Of a stretch of 64,000 bases of DNA, positions 49,652 to 63,096 are shown piece by piece. Below the pieces are notes generated by a model, which saw only the letters and a list, made by a program, of their open reading frames with translations, did no database searches and had not been told where the DNA came from. Each line of letters begins with the position of its first letter. The first letter of the stretch is position 1. This DNA is from Azolla caroliniana (lineage: Eukaryota; Plantae; Polypodiophyta). Location of the stretch: positions 4,898,001 to 4,962,000 of the forward strand of contig JBHGNT010000013.1 in assembly GCA_043228905.1 (NCBI GenBank). Reading direction: 5' to 3'. The translations under genes were made by a program, and so were the position numbers.

Positions 49652-52600
49652 TGTCAAGATTCGAACTCTTGACACGACCATGTTATAATCTAGTATTATG
49701 AGTTAACCAAGATATCTAGTACTAGTTATGTATGTAATTGGTCCTTATTATTTTGCTAGCATCATGTGCATAGTTGCTCCCTTGTAGTATTTACACTTGG
49801 CACATGCATGCATACCTACATGCTCTATTGTAGATTCACATGCGTGCAACAAGTATGCATGCCATGTAGTATAAATAGAGGAGTTCACCTTGAAGGAATT
49901 CAAGGTGAACAACACCAGTTATGGAGTCTTTCCTTTAATACTATCTTCTTTCTTGTCCATTTGGTTATCTTCTTCTTTGTCTCTTGAGTTTATGATCCGT
50001 TGTCGTGCCTTTCGGCTCCGGATTGTTACGTGAGTCGGGTGGGAACCGCCGAGGTTTTTTTGACTAGGAGGAAGAGGAATACAAATTAAGGCTAGTTATG
50101 AATAGTGGAAAGAGAAGTAAGATAACAATCTCGTGAATCCCACGAGTTTAGTGTAATTAAAACAATATTTAGATTATAAGAGTAATTTTGATGGCAAAAT
50201 TCGTGAATCCCACGAATATATTAGATTAATCAATCCTTGTATCTTAATCAACAACCTTATACATATTTCTCTCCTCCTTATATGAAGATGGAAGAGGCTA
50301 AGCATGGCTTCATGCTTTTTCACCTAAAGTGTCCATGTACACTAAATGTGCATGTGATGCTTTGTCATTTCCTAAATATAGGGCTCATGCACGCTAGATG
50401 TGCATGAGTCACTTTTAATGTAAATAAAATATTCACACTCTAAAGAATACATGATTTTTACCTTTTAATAAAGGTATGTGTAAATAAAGGTCTTATATGT
50501 ATTAAATCTATATGTATAACATTAAAGATAAGTTATTAAAATGGTAAAGTTGGGGTTTATCTACGTGGAGGTGTAGGGTTTGAATCCTGCCCTATGCACG
50601 TGATAAATTCTTTTGATATATTATTTATTTATTTATATGTATCTAAAATCGGATATATTATTTTATGGTTTTCACGTAATGTGCGGAATACACTACGGCA
50701 CTCGCCCCCTCCGAACCCGCACATCCTCCGTATGTGCCGAAGTTCTCGATTCCTCATATCCGTCTTCACCCAAAGCTTCCTCCGATTCTCCCCTTATGTC
50801 GACTATGAGTTGTAATTCACTTTCTTTGCTTCCCGCATCACCGTGGTCTTCGTCCGATTGCTCCTCGTTGTTGGCCTTGGCTTGGATCACATAGGGTTTG
50901 TCGTCGGTCCGCTTCTTGAAAATCTTCACCCGCTTCCCGGCTATAGGCACTCGTAGTATTGTTCCATCCAACTCGGACAGTCGGTAAGTTCCGTTGTCGA
51001 AGACTTTCCGAACCTCGTATGGCCCGAACCACCTTTTCGCGAATTTCCGCATCGTTGTATGTTGATGGTCCAAACTACTGTCATAGACGATCACCCAATC
51101 TCCTTCTTCAATCCTCCTCGGTCGTAGTCGATGCTTTGTGTCGAATCGGCTTTTGTTCCGGAACCATGCTTCTTGTTGTCGGCGTATTGCTTCCGCTATG
51201 TCTGCCGGTCTTCCCTCTAGTTGTCGTATCCGGACCGCTAGTAGTTCTTCCCGGCTCATCTCTTCCTTCCACGGTAGCACTGTCCATGTTGCGATCGCGG
51301 TTTCCGTCGGCATTATTGGTGCTTGTCCGGTCATGAGTTCTGCCGGCATGTAACCGGTTACGGAGCTATGCGTCGTCCGATCCGCCCATAGTGCATACGA
51401 AAGCATCTGCGGCCAGTCCTTCACCTTTCCATCGCATGCCTTCGCAAGTGCTTTCACGATCAGACTATGTCCTCGTTCGATTTTCCCGTTGGCCTCCGGA
51501 TTGTATGCCGTTGTCAGCGTTAACCGAACTCCGTGTTTGGCGAAGAATCCCCTAGCTTTGTTCGAGTCGAGTTCTCCTGGTCCGCAATCACTTGTCCTAT
51601 GCACCCGTACCTGCAAAATACTTCCTCCAAAAGAAATTGGCATACCGCGGAACACGTTTTCCTCTGAAGCGCTCGACCTTCTACTTGATTCGTGAGATCT
51701 TCCCGAGCTAATACCAAGTATTTCTTTTGTCCGATCCCGGTTGGCATGGCCACTATGTCGACCATCCACTTGAAGTTGATTGTCGGTGAGAATGTCGGAT
51801 GTAACTTATCTCGATGTCGAACCCCGGAGTAGACTTGACATTTCTCGCAACTTTCCGTGAACTCCGTGACATCTTTGTACATTTTCTTCCACCAATATTT
51901 TTGCTTGATCTTCACAAATGTTGCCCATGTTCCCCGGTGTCCAGCCCAATCAGATTCGTGAAACTCGGACATTATCCGGTTTCGTTGCTCTTTTGTCCCG
52001 ACTACTCGAAGTGGTATACCATCCGGTCTTTTCGGCGCCCTCCATATTAATCCGTTTGCCAAGAAGAACTTTTGGACTTGCCTCTTCTTCCTTCGGATCT
52101 CGGCTCTTCTTCCTTTATCGTTTGTTGAATCCTCGGCCTCTTGTAACATCTTTCCGATCATCAAGCTTTCTCCCTCGTATTCTTCTTCCCGGAATTCTTG
52201 GATTACGTTCACTCGGCATATGTGCTCCGACGCGAAGTAGTCTTCGGAAACTTCTTCATTATCCGATTCGGTTATGTCATCTCCGAACCAAGCCCTTGAT
52301 AACATATCCGCTACCGCGTTGTCCTTCCCCGAGATGTGTCGAACCTCCGGATTAAGCGACTTGACATATGCAACCCACCTTAGCATAGCTACATCCGGTA
52401 TCGTACAACACCGCATCATCCCGAGTATCGGAAGACAATCTGTCTCGATCACCACTTCGGCTCCGATCAAATAATCCCGATTCGATTTTATCGCCGACAC
52501 GACTCTCCACAGTTCTCTTTTGACTTGTGCATAGCCACATTGCCTTTCGTTGAGAACCTTTGCTCCGAATTGGATCGGAGACAGCGAACCATCCGAGTCG

Positions 52601-53145
52601 GCTTGATTGATGACCCACCCAATACCGGTTGGACTTGTATCAACCATTACTATGATCAGTCGGTCGTAGCTCGGCTTCTTAAGTGCTTCCGCCCTCCGAA
52701 GTGTCTTCTTCAATTTCTTCATGGCTTTGGTGTGTTCCGGTTTCCATTCGAATTTCTTACCTTTCCGCAACAAGTGGTAGAGCGGGTCCGCTATATGTGC
52801 ATAGTGTGGAATCTAGATGTGATAGAATGCACATACACCGAGAAACCTTCGGACTTCGGATGTTGACTCGCATACTTCCTCCATAGCTTGAATCGCATCG
52901 ATCTTTGTTGGTGATGGTCTTCGGCCGTAGGGCCCACATAGATGTCCGACCACCAATATTTCTTCTTGCCCGAATGCCGATTTCTCCCCGGAAAGTGTTA
53001 GGTGCACATCTTCTAGCTTTCGCAACACTTTCTCACAATCATGAATATGGTCGACGACGAACTTTCTGTTGGGAGACAGGTTCCTCCGGATTGGAAGGGA
53101 GAAGAATAGTGCCGACGAACAAACTCGGCCGAGGCCGAATCCGTA

Positions 53146-53470
53146 TGAGGTGGACCCGGCTACGGAGAGCCGGATGATACAGACCCGATGAAGACCGGAT
53201 GAGGAGTACCCGGCTACGGAGAGCCGGATGGTACAGACCCGGTGAAGACCGGATGAGGAGTACCCGGCTACGGAGAGCCGGATGGTGCAGGCCCGGTGTG
53301 AACCGGATGAGGAGTACCCGGCTACGGAGAGCCGGATGGTGCAGGCCCGGTGTGAACCGGATGAGGAGTACCCGGCTACGGAGAGCCGGATGGTGTAGGC
53401 CCGGTGTGAACCGGATGAGGAGTACCCGGCTACGGAGAGCCGGATGGTGTAGGCCCGGTATGAACCGGAG
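53146..53470. repeat. 54-bp tandem repeat in Copia 5' LTR (6 units; 4 units in 3' LTR at 58119-58335)
   Basis: tgaggagtacccggctacggagagccggatgg… period 54. Confidence 0.92.
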
Positions 53471-53942
53471 GAAGAGACATATTCGTAAATATGTTTCTGA
53501 GAGCCCATCGAGGCTATATTTGTAAATAGCCGAAAAGTCATATTAGTATAAATATGACTTAGGGCAAACTTTTAGTTGTTGTTGTCATTTTCTGTTTTGC
53601 ACGAGAGTAGTGTGCGTAACTGTACAGAGAGAGAGAGAGAGAGAGAAAGAAAGAGGTCGTTGCCTCTGTTGTAACCGCCGCCTGTTGCGAAGATTTGTGA
53701 GCACGAGGTCGGTGCCTCAGTGAACTCACTGTTGTATATTCCTACATAGTGACAGTTTGCAGCCTGTGGGTTGCCGTGGTTTTTCCCCTAGTTTGGGGTT
53801 TTCCATGTAAACCTCCTGTGTATTCTCTCCTTCTTTGTGTCACGTTTTATTTCCCGTTTTCTGTGTATCATTCTAAGCTCGGTTGTGGCCAAGCGTTGCG
53901 CATAAGGAACGTTGGGTTCCTATCAAGTGGTATCAGAGCGAA

Positions 53943-56900
53943 ATGACACAGAAAATGGACGAATCGTTTGGCGGCATGTTCAAGCTCACCGGCTCCAACT
54001 ATTCAGTGTGGAAGTCGAAGATTAGGGACATGCTCGTGGTTAAAGACCTCTGGCTGCCGGTTCAGTTCGGGGACAAGAGACCGGACAAAATCGACACCGC
54101 GATATGGGAGGTGATGCACATGAAGACAACGGCGTACATACGGTGCTTCATCGACATGAGCCTGTACAACAACTTCAATGAAGAGAGCAAGGCTCATGAG
54201 CTCTGGGAGAAGATCGGCATAATGTTTCAAAACAAAAATGCTGTTAATCAGGTTTCGGTATTCCGGAAGCTAGTAAGACTCCGGTACCAAGATGGCTCCA
54301 GCATGGCGGAGCATATGAATGCCTTCCAGGGGCTAATACACCAGGCAACGTCATTGGAAGTACCTCTTGCCGATGAGGTACTAGCGCTACTCCTGCTCGG
54401 TTCCCTCCCGGATAGTTGGGAGACGTTGGTTGTCACTTTGGGCAACGCCGGGCCGGAAGGAAAACAATTATCCCTAGCAAGAGTAAAGTCGAGCTTGCTA
54501 GATGAGGAGGCGCGTCGGAAGGATAAAGATACGAGCTCCGACTCCAAAGTGCTCCTTACCGAATCGGAACGCGGAAGACATAGAAACCGTAGTCCCCAGA
54601 ACCGGGAGAAGTCGGGGACACGGTCAAAGTCAAGGGGGAGGCCCACTTGCTTCTATTGCGGCAAGCCGGGTCACTTCCAAAGGAACTGTCGGCATTTCCC
54701 TAGAGACAAGGAAACCGACGGTACCGATTCGAAGCAAACCCCGGAACGGAACGGTAAAGACTGGAATGGTAAAGACCGGAACGGTAAAGACCGGAGGGGG
54801 CCGGATCGGAAGGGAACGACGGCTATTGTGGCAAGTGAAGAAGAGTTGATGCTCATCACCGAGGAGAGTGAAATAAACCTTGCCGGCGACGAGATGACCT
54901 GGGTGGTAGACTCCGGAGCATCGTTCCACCTTACCCCGGACCGGAAATGCTTCTCATCCTATTCAGCCGGTGATCACGACTGTGTCCGGATGGGGAATGA
55001 AGGAACATGCCGAATTGTCGGCATAGGAGACGTGTGGCTGACAACACCAACCGGATGCAAGTTGCTGCTGAAGGATGTTCGACACGTTCCGGAAGTTCGT
55101 CTGAACCTGATATCAGCCGGTCGGCTAGATGATGAAGGCTACACGGGTAGCATCCGGAACGGTGACATGAAGTTCAACAAAGGGAGCCTGATTGTGGCTC
55201 GGGCCCGGAAGGTCAACACGTTGTACCTGATAAATGCCCGGTTATGTCCGGAAGAAGTGAACGTGGAATCCGACACTGCCGGTGAGCTGTGGCACAAGAG
55301 GCTGTGTCATATGAGCGAGAAGGGGATGAAGAGGCTTGCAGACGACAACCTCATTCCAGTGAAGAACGTGCACTTAGAGAAGTGCACTGATTGTCTGGCC
55401 GGTAAGCAGAACCAGACCTCCTTCCGACCAAGGCCACCAATGAGACGTAATGCACCACTGGAGTTGGTGCATACGGATGTGTGTCAAGTAGACACGAAGT
55501 CACATGCTGGAGCGCAGTACTTCGTGACGTTCATAGATGACCATAGCCGGAAGCTGTGGGCCACACCGTTGAAGACAAAGGATCAGGTGTTATCCGTCTT
55601 GAAAGAGCTCCACGCGAGAGTGGAAAGAGAAACCGGCCGGAAGCTGAAGGCGGTTCGAGCAGACAACGGAGGAGAATACCGGGGGCAGTTCGAGGAGTAC
55701 TGCCGCTCAAAGGGAATCCGGCTCGAATTTACCGTGCCGAAGACGCCGGAACTAAACGGACTGGCCGAGAGGATGAACCGGACCATAATGGAGAGGGTCC
55801 GGAGTATGCTAGCGCATGCAAAACTACCCAAGAAGTTTTGGGCTGAGGCACTGTCGACGGCGACATACGTGATAAATAGATCACCCTCAGTACCCTTGGA
55901 CGGAGACACGCCACAGAGAGTATGGACCGGTAAGGAAGTGTCCTACCGGCATCTGAAGGTGTTCGGGTGTCTCGCGTACGTGCATGTAGCAAAGGACCGG
56001 AGAGGAAAGTTAGATCCAAAGACCCGGCCATGCATATTCCTCGGTTACGGTGACGATGAGTTCGGCTACCGAGTGTGGGACCCGGTCGACAAGAAGGTAT
56101 TCCGGAGTCGAGATATTATCTTCATGGAGAACAAGACGCTCTCCGACTAGGAGTCGGAGAAGAAGATAATGAACTCCGAGTCGACCGGTAAGGATAGACT
56201 CTACGATGAGCAGACCCAACCGGCAAGAGACCGGTTAGCACTCGAGGAACCAGCCGGTTACGGTGAGGATACCGAACCGGCAGAAGAAGAGGTAGAGGAA
56301 GCAGAGACCGGAACCGGCCAAGACCCCGAATCGGATTTGGATGGAGAGCAGATGGAGGAGCCGGCTACCGAAGCCCAAAGACGGAGATATCCTCTCAGAG
56401 AGAGAAGGGCCCCCCGGAGATTTCCGGATGCAGAGCATGTTCTGCTGATTGATGAGGGGGAGCCGGAAAGCTTCAAAGAAGCGGAGGATGACACCCACAA
56501 CCGAAAATGGTTAAGTGCCATGCAGGACGAGATGGATTCCCTGCATGAGAACCATACGTACAAATTGGTGGAGCTGCCGAAAGGAAAGCGGGCACTCCGA
56601 AACAAGTGGGTGAACAAGTTGAAACCAGGAGATGCCGACAACCCCCCGAGATACAAAGCCAGGATCGTGGTGAAGGGGTTCCAGCAGAAGAAGGGTGTAG
56701 ACTTCGACGAGATATGTGCCCCGGTAGTAAAGATGACCTCCATCCGGACGATGCTGAGTATAGCAGCAAGCATGGACCTTGAGGTAGAGCAGCTAGACGT
56801 GAAGACGACATTCCTTCATGGCGACCTCGAAGAGGAGATCTACATGCAGCAACCGGAAGGATTCCTGGAGAAAGGGAAGGAGCACCTGGTATGCCGGTTG

Positions 56901-58029
56901 AAGAAGAGCCTGTACGGACTGAAGCAGGCTCCCCGACAATGGTACCGGAAGTTCGACTCCTTCATGACCGATCAAGGGTACCACAAGACGCAGGCCGATC
57001 ACTGCGTGTTTGTGAAGAAGTTCGAAGGAGGCGACTTCCTGATACTCCTTCTGTACGTGGATGACATGTTGATCATCGGATGGGACCAAGTCAAAATATG
57101 GATGTTGAAGAAGGCTCTAAACCGGACCTTCTCAATGAAAGACTTGGGTCCGGCAAGACAGATGTTGGATGCATATCATTCGGGACCGGTCAAAGAAGCA
57201 ATTATGGCTGTCACAGGAGAAGTACGTGACAAAGGTGCTTCACCGGTTCAACATGTCAGAAGTGAAACCGGTCGGATCAACACTTCCGGCAAACTGCAAG
57301 CTATCCGGTAAGCAGAGCCCGAAGATGAAAGCAGAGAAGGCAGATATGATGAAGATTCCATATGCCTCTGCCGTCGGGAGCTTGATGTACGCAATGGTGT
57401 GTACCCGACCAGATATAGGATACGCAGTCGGAGTGGTGAGCCGGTTGATGAGTAATCCAGGCAAGGAGCACTGGAACGCGATCAAATGGATACTCCGGTA
57501 TTTGAAGGGTACTTCAAATATGTGTCTCCTATTCGGCTTCGGAAAACCTCAACTAGACGGTTTTACCGATTCGGACATGTCGGCTGATGTGGATACCAGC
57601 CGGTCTACATTTGGGTATGTAATGACATATGCAGGGGGAGCTGTTTCGTGGCAGCCAAGGCTGCAGAAGACGGTTGCATTGTCAACCACAGAGGCGGAGT
57701 ACATGGCAGCTGTGGAAGTCGGCAAGGAAATTTTATGGATGAAGGACTTCATCAGAGAGCTCGGTATCCGGCAAGAGGAATACCGACTCTACTGCCACAG
57801 TCAAAGTGCCATCCACCTTGCTAAGAATGCGGCCTACCATTCCCGGACGAAGCATATCCAGCAGAGGTATCACTGGATCCGGGAAAGAGTAGATGACCAG
57901 GAGTTCGTAGTGACGAAGATCCACACGGCCGAGAACGGGTCAGATATGCTGACCAAAGTGCTGACACCCGACAAGCTGGACGCATGCCGGAAGAGGATCG
58001 GACTGGTAAGACACCCCATGCCGGAGTGA
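53943..58029 (+). pseudogene. Copia gag-pol with one nonsense codon (56148) and one frameshift (~57165)
   Basis: CCHC knuckle, DSGAS protease, IN, RT YVDD, RNase H spread over three ORFs. Confidence 0.9.
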
Positions 58030-61000
58030 AGGGGGAGTTTGTTGGGAGACAGGTTCCTCCGGATGGGAAGGGAGAAGAACAGTGCCGACGAACAAACTCG
58101 GCCGAGGCCGAATCCGTATGAGGTGGACCCGGCTACGGAGAGCTGGATGATACAGACCCGGTGAAGACCGGATGAGGAGTACCCGGCTACGGAGAGCCGA
58201 ATGGTACAGACCCGGTGAAGACCGGATGAGGAGTACTCGGCTACGGAGAGCCGGATGGTGCAGGCCCGGTGTGAACCGGATGAGGAGTACCCGGCTACGG
58301 AGAGCCGGATGGTGCAGGCCCGGTATGAACCGGAGGAAGAGACATATTCGTAAATATGTTTCTGAGAGCCCATCGAGGCTATATTTGTAAATAGCCGAAA
58401 AGTCATATTAGTATAAATATGACTTAGGGCAAACTTTTAGTTGTTGTTGTCATTTTCTGTTTTGCACGAGAGTAGTGTGCGTAACTGTACAGAGAGAGAG
58501 AGAGAGAGAAAGAAAGAGGTCGTTGCCTCTGTTGTAACCGCCGCCTGTTGCGAAGATTTGTGAGCACGAGGTCGGTGCCTCAGTGAACTCACTGTTGTAT
58601 ATTCCTACATAGTGACAGTTTGCAGCCTGTGGGCTGCCGTGGTTTTTCCCCTAGTTTGGGGTTTTCCACGTAAACCTCCTGTGTATTCTCTCCTTCTTTG
58701 TGTCGCGTTTTATTTCCCGTTTTCTGTGTATCATTCTAAGCTCGGTTGTGGCCGAGTGTTGCGCATAAGGAACGTTGGGTTCCCGTCACTTTCGACATCC
58801 CCGATCATCCATAGTCTCATCTTTTTCTTCTACCGCGCATCCTTTCATCGGAATGTCATCGAGGAACGGCATCGTTATCTCCGGAATGCAGTCTCGAAGC
58901 ACCTTGTTCATCGCGTTCATCATATGAGCAACCGAGTTTGTCGCTCCTTGTGGTAGTGTGCACATTCGGACTAATCCTATCGGTGTTCGCATGGTTGTGA
59001 TGTCTTGGCTCTCCACGGCTAGTTGGAATTGGTCATACCCCGAGTATAGGTCTCCGATGGAGTATATCGCACGACCGGCAAAAGCTTCCGCAAATTCGTC
59101 CACTATCGGACCGATTCCCAAGTTCCAGATCGTGACCTTATTCACCGGTTGCAAGTCTTGGATGAATCGGAGTGACCCATTCTTCTTCGGAACCGTAAAC
59201 CATCGATTTGAGTACGGAGCAGTTGATGGCTCTAGAATCCCCATCGCCACCTTCTCCTTAAGCAAGTCAATGAGTTTCGGAATATGCGCTCGCGGCACCG
59301 GAATCGGCTTCAGGTTCCACGGTACATGGTCAATCGTGAAGATCACCATCGGCTCCACCATTCTCGGATCGACGCACCCTATCTCCCTTGATGTAAATGC
59401 AAACGCTTTGCCGTGTTGCTCCAACATCTCGCGAAACCGTTCTTCTTCTTTTTGTAATAGGAACCCACCTCCACCGATCCGAAGTTTCTTCCGGGTCTCA
59501 TCCGTGAAGGCATGTCCGATATCCACGGACTTCCGAAGTGTCAGATCTCCCGAGACTTCTTTCCTCTTTTGTTCGCTATCGGCAGGTAGTGGTCCCGCGG
59601 CCGGTTTCACCTTCTTCTCCACGGTCTTGTATTTCATACTTACCATTGCTTCTTCTTTGCGGAGCGTATCCGGCTCCATTTTCGCAATGATCTCGTACAT
59701 CTGGACCGATTCCACCGGGACTACCCGGTTCCCTTGGCTTTTATCTTCCGCAAGCTCTTCAAGTCGTTGTAGCGTGCTCCCATAGAACACTTCTTTGACT
59801 ATCCCCACGATTTTTTCATCTTCTTTTATTATTGATGCCGACCGCAACTTATCCTCGACTTGTTGGTATCCTTTCTTCAATCCTCCGGTTACGGTCGTGT
59901 ACGTAGATGCCCCATCCGGACCGATTCATACATGTTTTGCTCCAAGAGTTTTCTTCCTGTGTGGGGTATCAGGGCTTCTCGGACTATCACTTCCCCACTC
60001 CGCAACAGTCCGCTTTAAAAATCCATTCTCACTTGGGACAAGAGTTCCCTCTTGTTCCTTTCGTGATTTGCCGGCACCATTAGGAATTGGACGGATTTCC
60101 CACCGTTTTGGCTCCGAATTTGTGCAAAAGCCGCACCGCTATCGAGCACCTTCGTCTCCATCCGTGATGCCGTGATAAAGGGTTGGCCAAGGATGACGGA
60201 ATGTGATACCTCATCTTGCACGAAGAAATTTTGGTCGATCTCGACATCCCCGATCTTCACCGTCACATCCGGACAAGCCGCAAATAGATCTTCCGTTGCT
60301 TTGGTGGCCGCCCGAATCTTCCATCCATGGTTGGTGTTAATAGGCCACTTCCCCTTCCGGTAGAACTCCTTGGACATCAAGTTGATCTCCGATCCGTGAT
60401 CAATCAATGCTAGTACGGGTTCTTTGATGTTGCCGATTCGGACCGGAGTCTCCGTAGTCGCGCGTGCCCAATGTGGCCTTGTATAGTGGGAGTTCGGAAT
60501 TTCGTCCTCCACTTCGGCGTCGTTCATTAAAACGGTGTTCGCATTCACCCTTGGAGCATTTTCCTCCGTACTTTTTCTTTTTCGCTTCACGAGATCCACG
60601 AGAAGATCGTGGAACTCCTTCTTTGCTATTCTGAGTAGCTCCCGAAGCGAGAAATCTACCCGGCTATCCAAGATTCTTTCCTCGAACACTCTTTTCAAGT
60701 CGGTTTGTTGTTCTATGTCCGAGGCGAGCTTGAATGCCAGAGTCACCTTTTCTTTTCCCTTACCTCCGGAGTTCCAGCTTTCCGGTATCTTCGATGGCCC
60801 GGCCGCATCCTCTGTGCGTCGTCGTTTCTCGTCCACATACACCTTATGCAATTGACATAGGGCGTATACGCTATTCTTGTCGACAGGGCACTCCCATCCC
60901 GTAGCTTCCCGGACGCCTTCCGCGGTGCTTCGGATCTCGTTGGACTCGGTTTTCTCGGTGTTTTCTAGAACTTCCAGCCAAAAAGACGTCTTTGCTCTCA

Positions 61001-62071
61001 ATGACTCCCCGACACATATTCCCGCGGTTGTCGCATAGTTGCTTCTTACTGCCAATTCCTCCTCGAGCACCTTCTTCATGCCGCCTTTCCAGAAGTTCGG
61101 TCGGAGTGGCTTCCGAGAGTCCATCAAATGAATCCGGTTTCCCTCGTAGTAGATGAGATCCCACCGTAGTGCCTCCTTATGCTCGTCGCAATCCCTCCGA
61201 TCGTGTTCGGGCTATCGCACCATATGCACCGTCGGTCCGTATACTTGGAGCTTGTGGGGCGATCATCCAACTTCTTCACCATCGCGATCTTCAGATTCTC
61301 CATCTCCTTCAATAGTTGCTCCACCGTAGATGCATCAATCCCCTTCTCGATTGTAGTCTCCCGAGCCCTCGGTTGGTGGTCTTCCAATCCGGTTCTCGGT
61401 TTCGGAATCGGTTCCGAAACCCTCTTTTCCTCGTTGGCAAGCCATTGCCCCCTCTTCGTGTATCGCGCGACGATATCCCGCATGCTTTCCCATGTTTCGG
61501 TGAGGCCACTCTCCATGGTCGTGTCCTCCAAGAGCACTCCGAGATCTTTCCGGTCCCGGATGTCCACGGCTCGCAAGAACATGATACCTTGTCCGGTACG
61601 AGGATAGGTTGATCTCTCGCGGACAACCTCCCGAACCGGCTTTCGAATGCCGAAAACACATCAATGACCTTCAATCCCTTGTCCGGCGTCTCCACCCAAT
61701 CTTCGAATCCCCTTCGCATCGCCTTGGAGGAATCCTCGATGGCGAACGTCCTCTTTAGCTCTACTTCAAACGCTTCCCATGTCGGATTTTGCTGTCGTAG
61801 CCCATGGATGCTTGCTTGAAGCCCGTCGGTCGCCACCCGGTTGAAGGACGTCACTTGCAGTCCTTCCGATATTCCGCACCGTAGCATCTCCGCCTTGTAG
61901 TCCCGAAGATACCGCGACATGTCTTTCCTGTTGAATTGCCCGTTTCGTTGCACGAGCCACTCCACTGATGCCGCTATCTCCGACATCGCGCGTTGTTCTT
62001 GTAGCATGCGCTCGAACATCATCATCATGTTGCTAGCCTCCGGTTGATTTTCCATCTCCTTGCCACCCGTC

Positions 62072-62089
62072 TTCACGTCGGGTTCACCA
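62072..62089 (-). other. Primer-binding site complementary to the 3' end of tRNA-Trp
   Basis: Plus strand ttcacgtcgggttcacca equals the 3' 18 nt of plant cytosolic tRNA-Trp as I recall it. Confidence 0.8.
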
Positions 62090-63096
62090 ACTGTGTCGTA
62101 CCTTTCGGCTCCGGATCGTTACGTGAGTCGGGTGGGAACCGCCGAGGTTTTTTGACTAGGAGGAAGAGGAATACAAATTAAGGCTAGTTATGAATAGTGG
62201 AAAGAGAAGTAAGATAACAATCTCGTGAATCCCACGAGTTTTGTGTAATTAAAACAATATTTAGATTATAAGAGTAATTTTGATGGCAAAATTCGTGAAT
62301 CCCACGAATATATTAGATTAATCAATCCTTGTATCTTAATCAACAACCTTATACATATTTCTCTCCTCCTTATATAAAGATGGAAGAGGCTAAGCATGGC
62401 TTCATGCTTTTTCACCTAAAGTGTCCATGCACACTAAATGTGCATGTGATGCTTTGTCATTTCCTAAATATAGGGCTCATGCACGCTAGATGTGCATGAG
62501 TCACTTTTAATGTAAATAAAATATTCACACTCTAAAGAATACATGATTTTTACCTTTTAATAGAGGTATGTGTAAATAAAGGTCTTATACGTATTAAATC
62601 TATATGTATAACATTAAAGATAAGTTATTAAAATGGTAAAGTTGGGGTTTATCTACGTGGAGGTGCAGGGTTTGAATCTTGCCCTATGCACGTGATAAAT
62701 TCTTTTGATATATTATTTATTTATTTATATGTATCTAAAATCGGATATATTATTTTATGGTTTTCACGTAGTGTGCGGAATACACTACGACACCATGACA
62801 CATAGTTGCTCCCTTGTAGTATTTACACTTGGCACATGCATGCATACCTACATGCTCTATTGTAGATTCACATGCGTGCAACAAGTATGCATGCCATGTA
62901 GTATAAATAGAGGAGTTCACCTTGAAGGAATTCAAGGTGAACAACACCAGTTATGGAGTCTTTTGGTTATCTTCTTCCTTGGCTATCTTCTTTCTTGTCC
63001 ATTTGGTTATCTTCTTCCTTGTCTCTTGAGTTTATGATCCGTGACAGTTTGTTCACCTTCCCATCCTCATAGCTCTCCCTCTCATAAGCCATAGCT

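Larger units (their letters stand above)
53067..58788 (+). mobile_element. Full-length Tnt1-like Ty1/Copia element inserted in Gypsy RT
   Basis: LTRs 53067-53925 and 58040-58788, TSD CTTTC, PBS 53928-53939, PPT gaagggggag. Confidence 0.97.
50001..62792 (-). mobile_element. Non-chromoviral Ty3/Gypsy (Phygy/Selgy-like), full length, decayed, hosting a Copia
   Basis: LTRs 50001-50700 and 62094-62792 (~11 substitutions), PPT 50701-50710, tRNA-Trp PBS, gag-PR(LIDHGS)-RT(FLDD)-RH-IN. Confidence 0.92.

Noticed and set aside
53146-53470. Regular repeats superficially like a CRISPR array
   Set aside because: Units are contiguous 54-bp tandem copies without unique spacers, inside a Copia LTR in eukaryotic DNA; no cas genes
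52813-53541. 242-aa repetitive ORF (and its twin at 57870-58406)
   Set aside because: By-product of the in-frame 54-bp LTR repeat read antisense and running into Gypsy RT
58958-59785. 275-aa plus-strand ORF (and similar antisense ORFs such as 30518-31060)
   Set aside because: Antisense shadows of retroelement pol coding sequence
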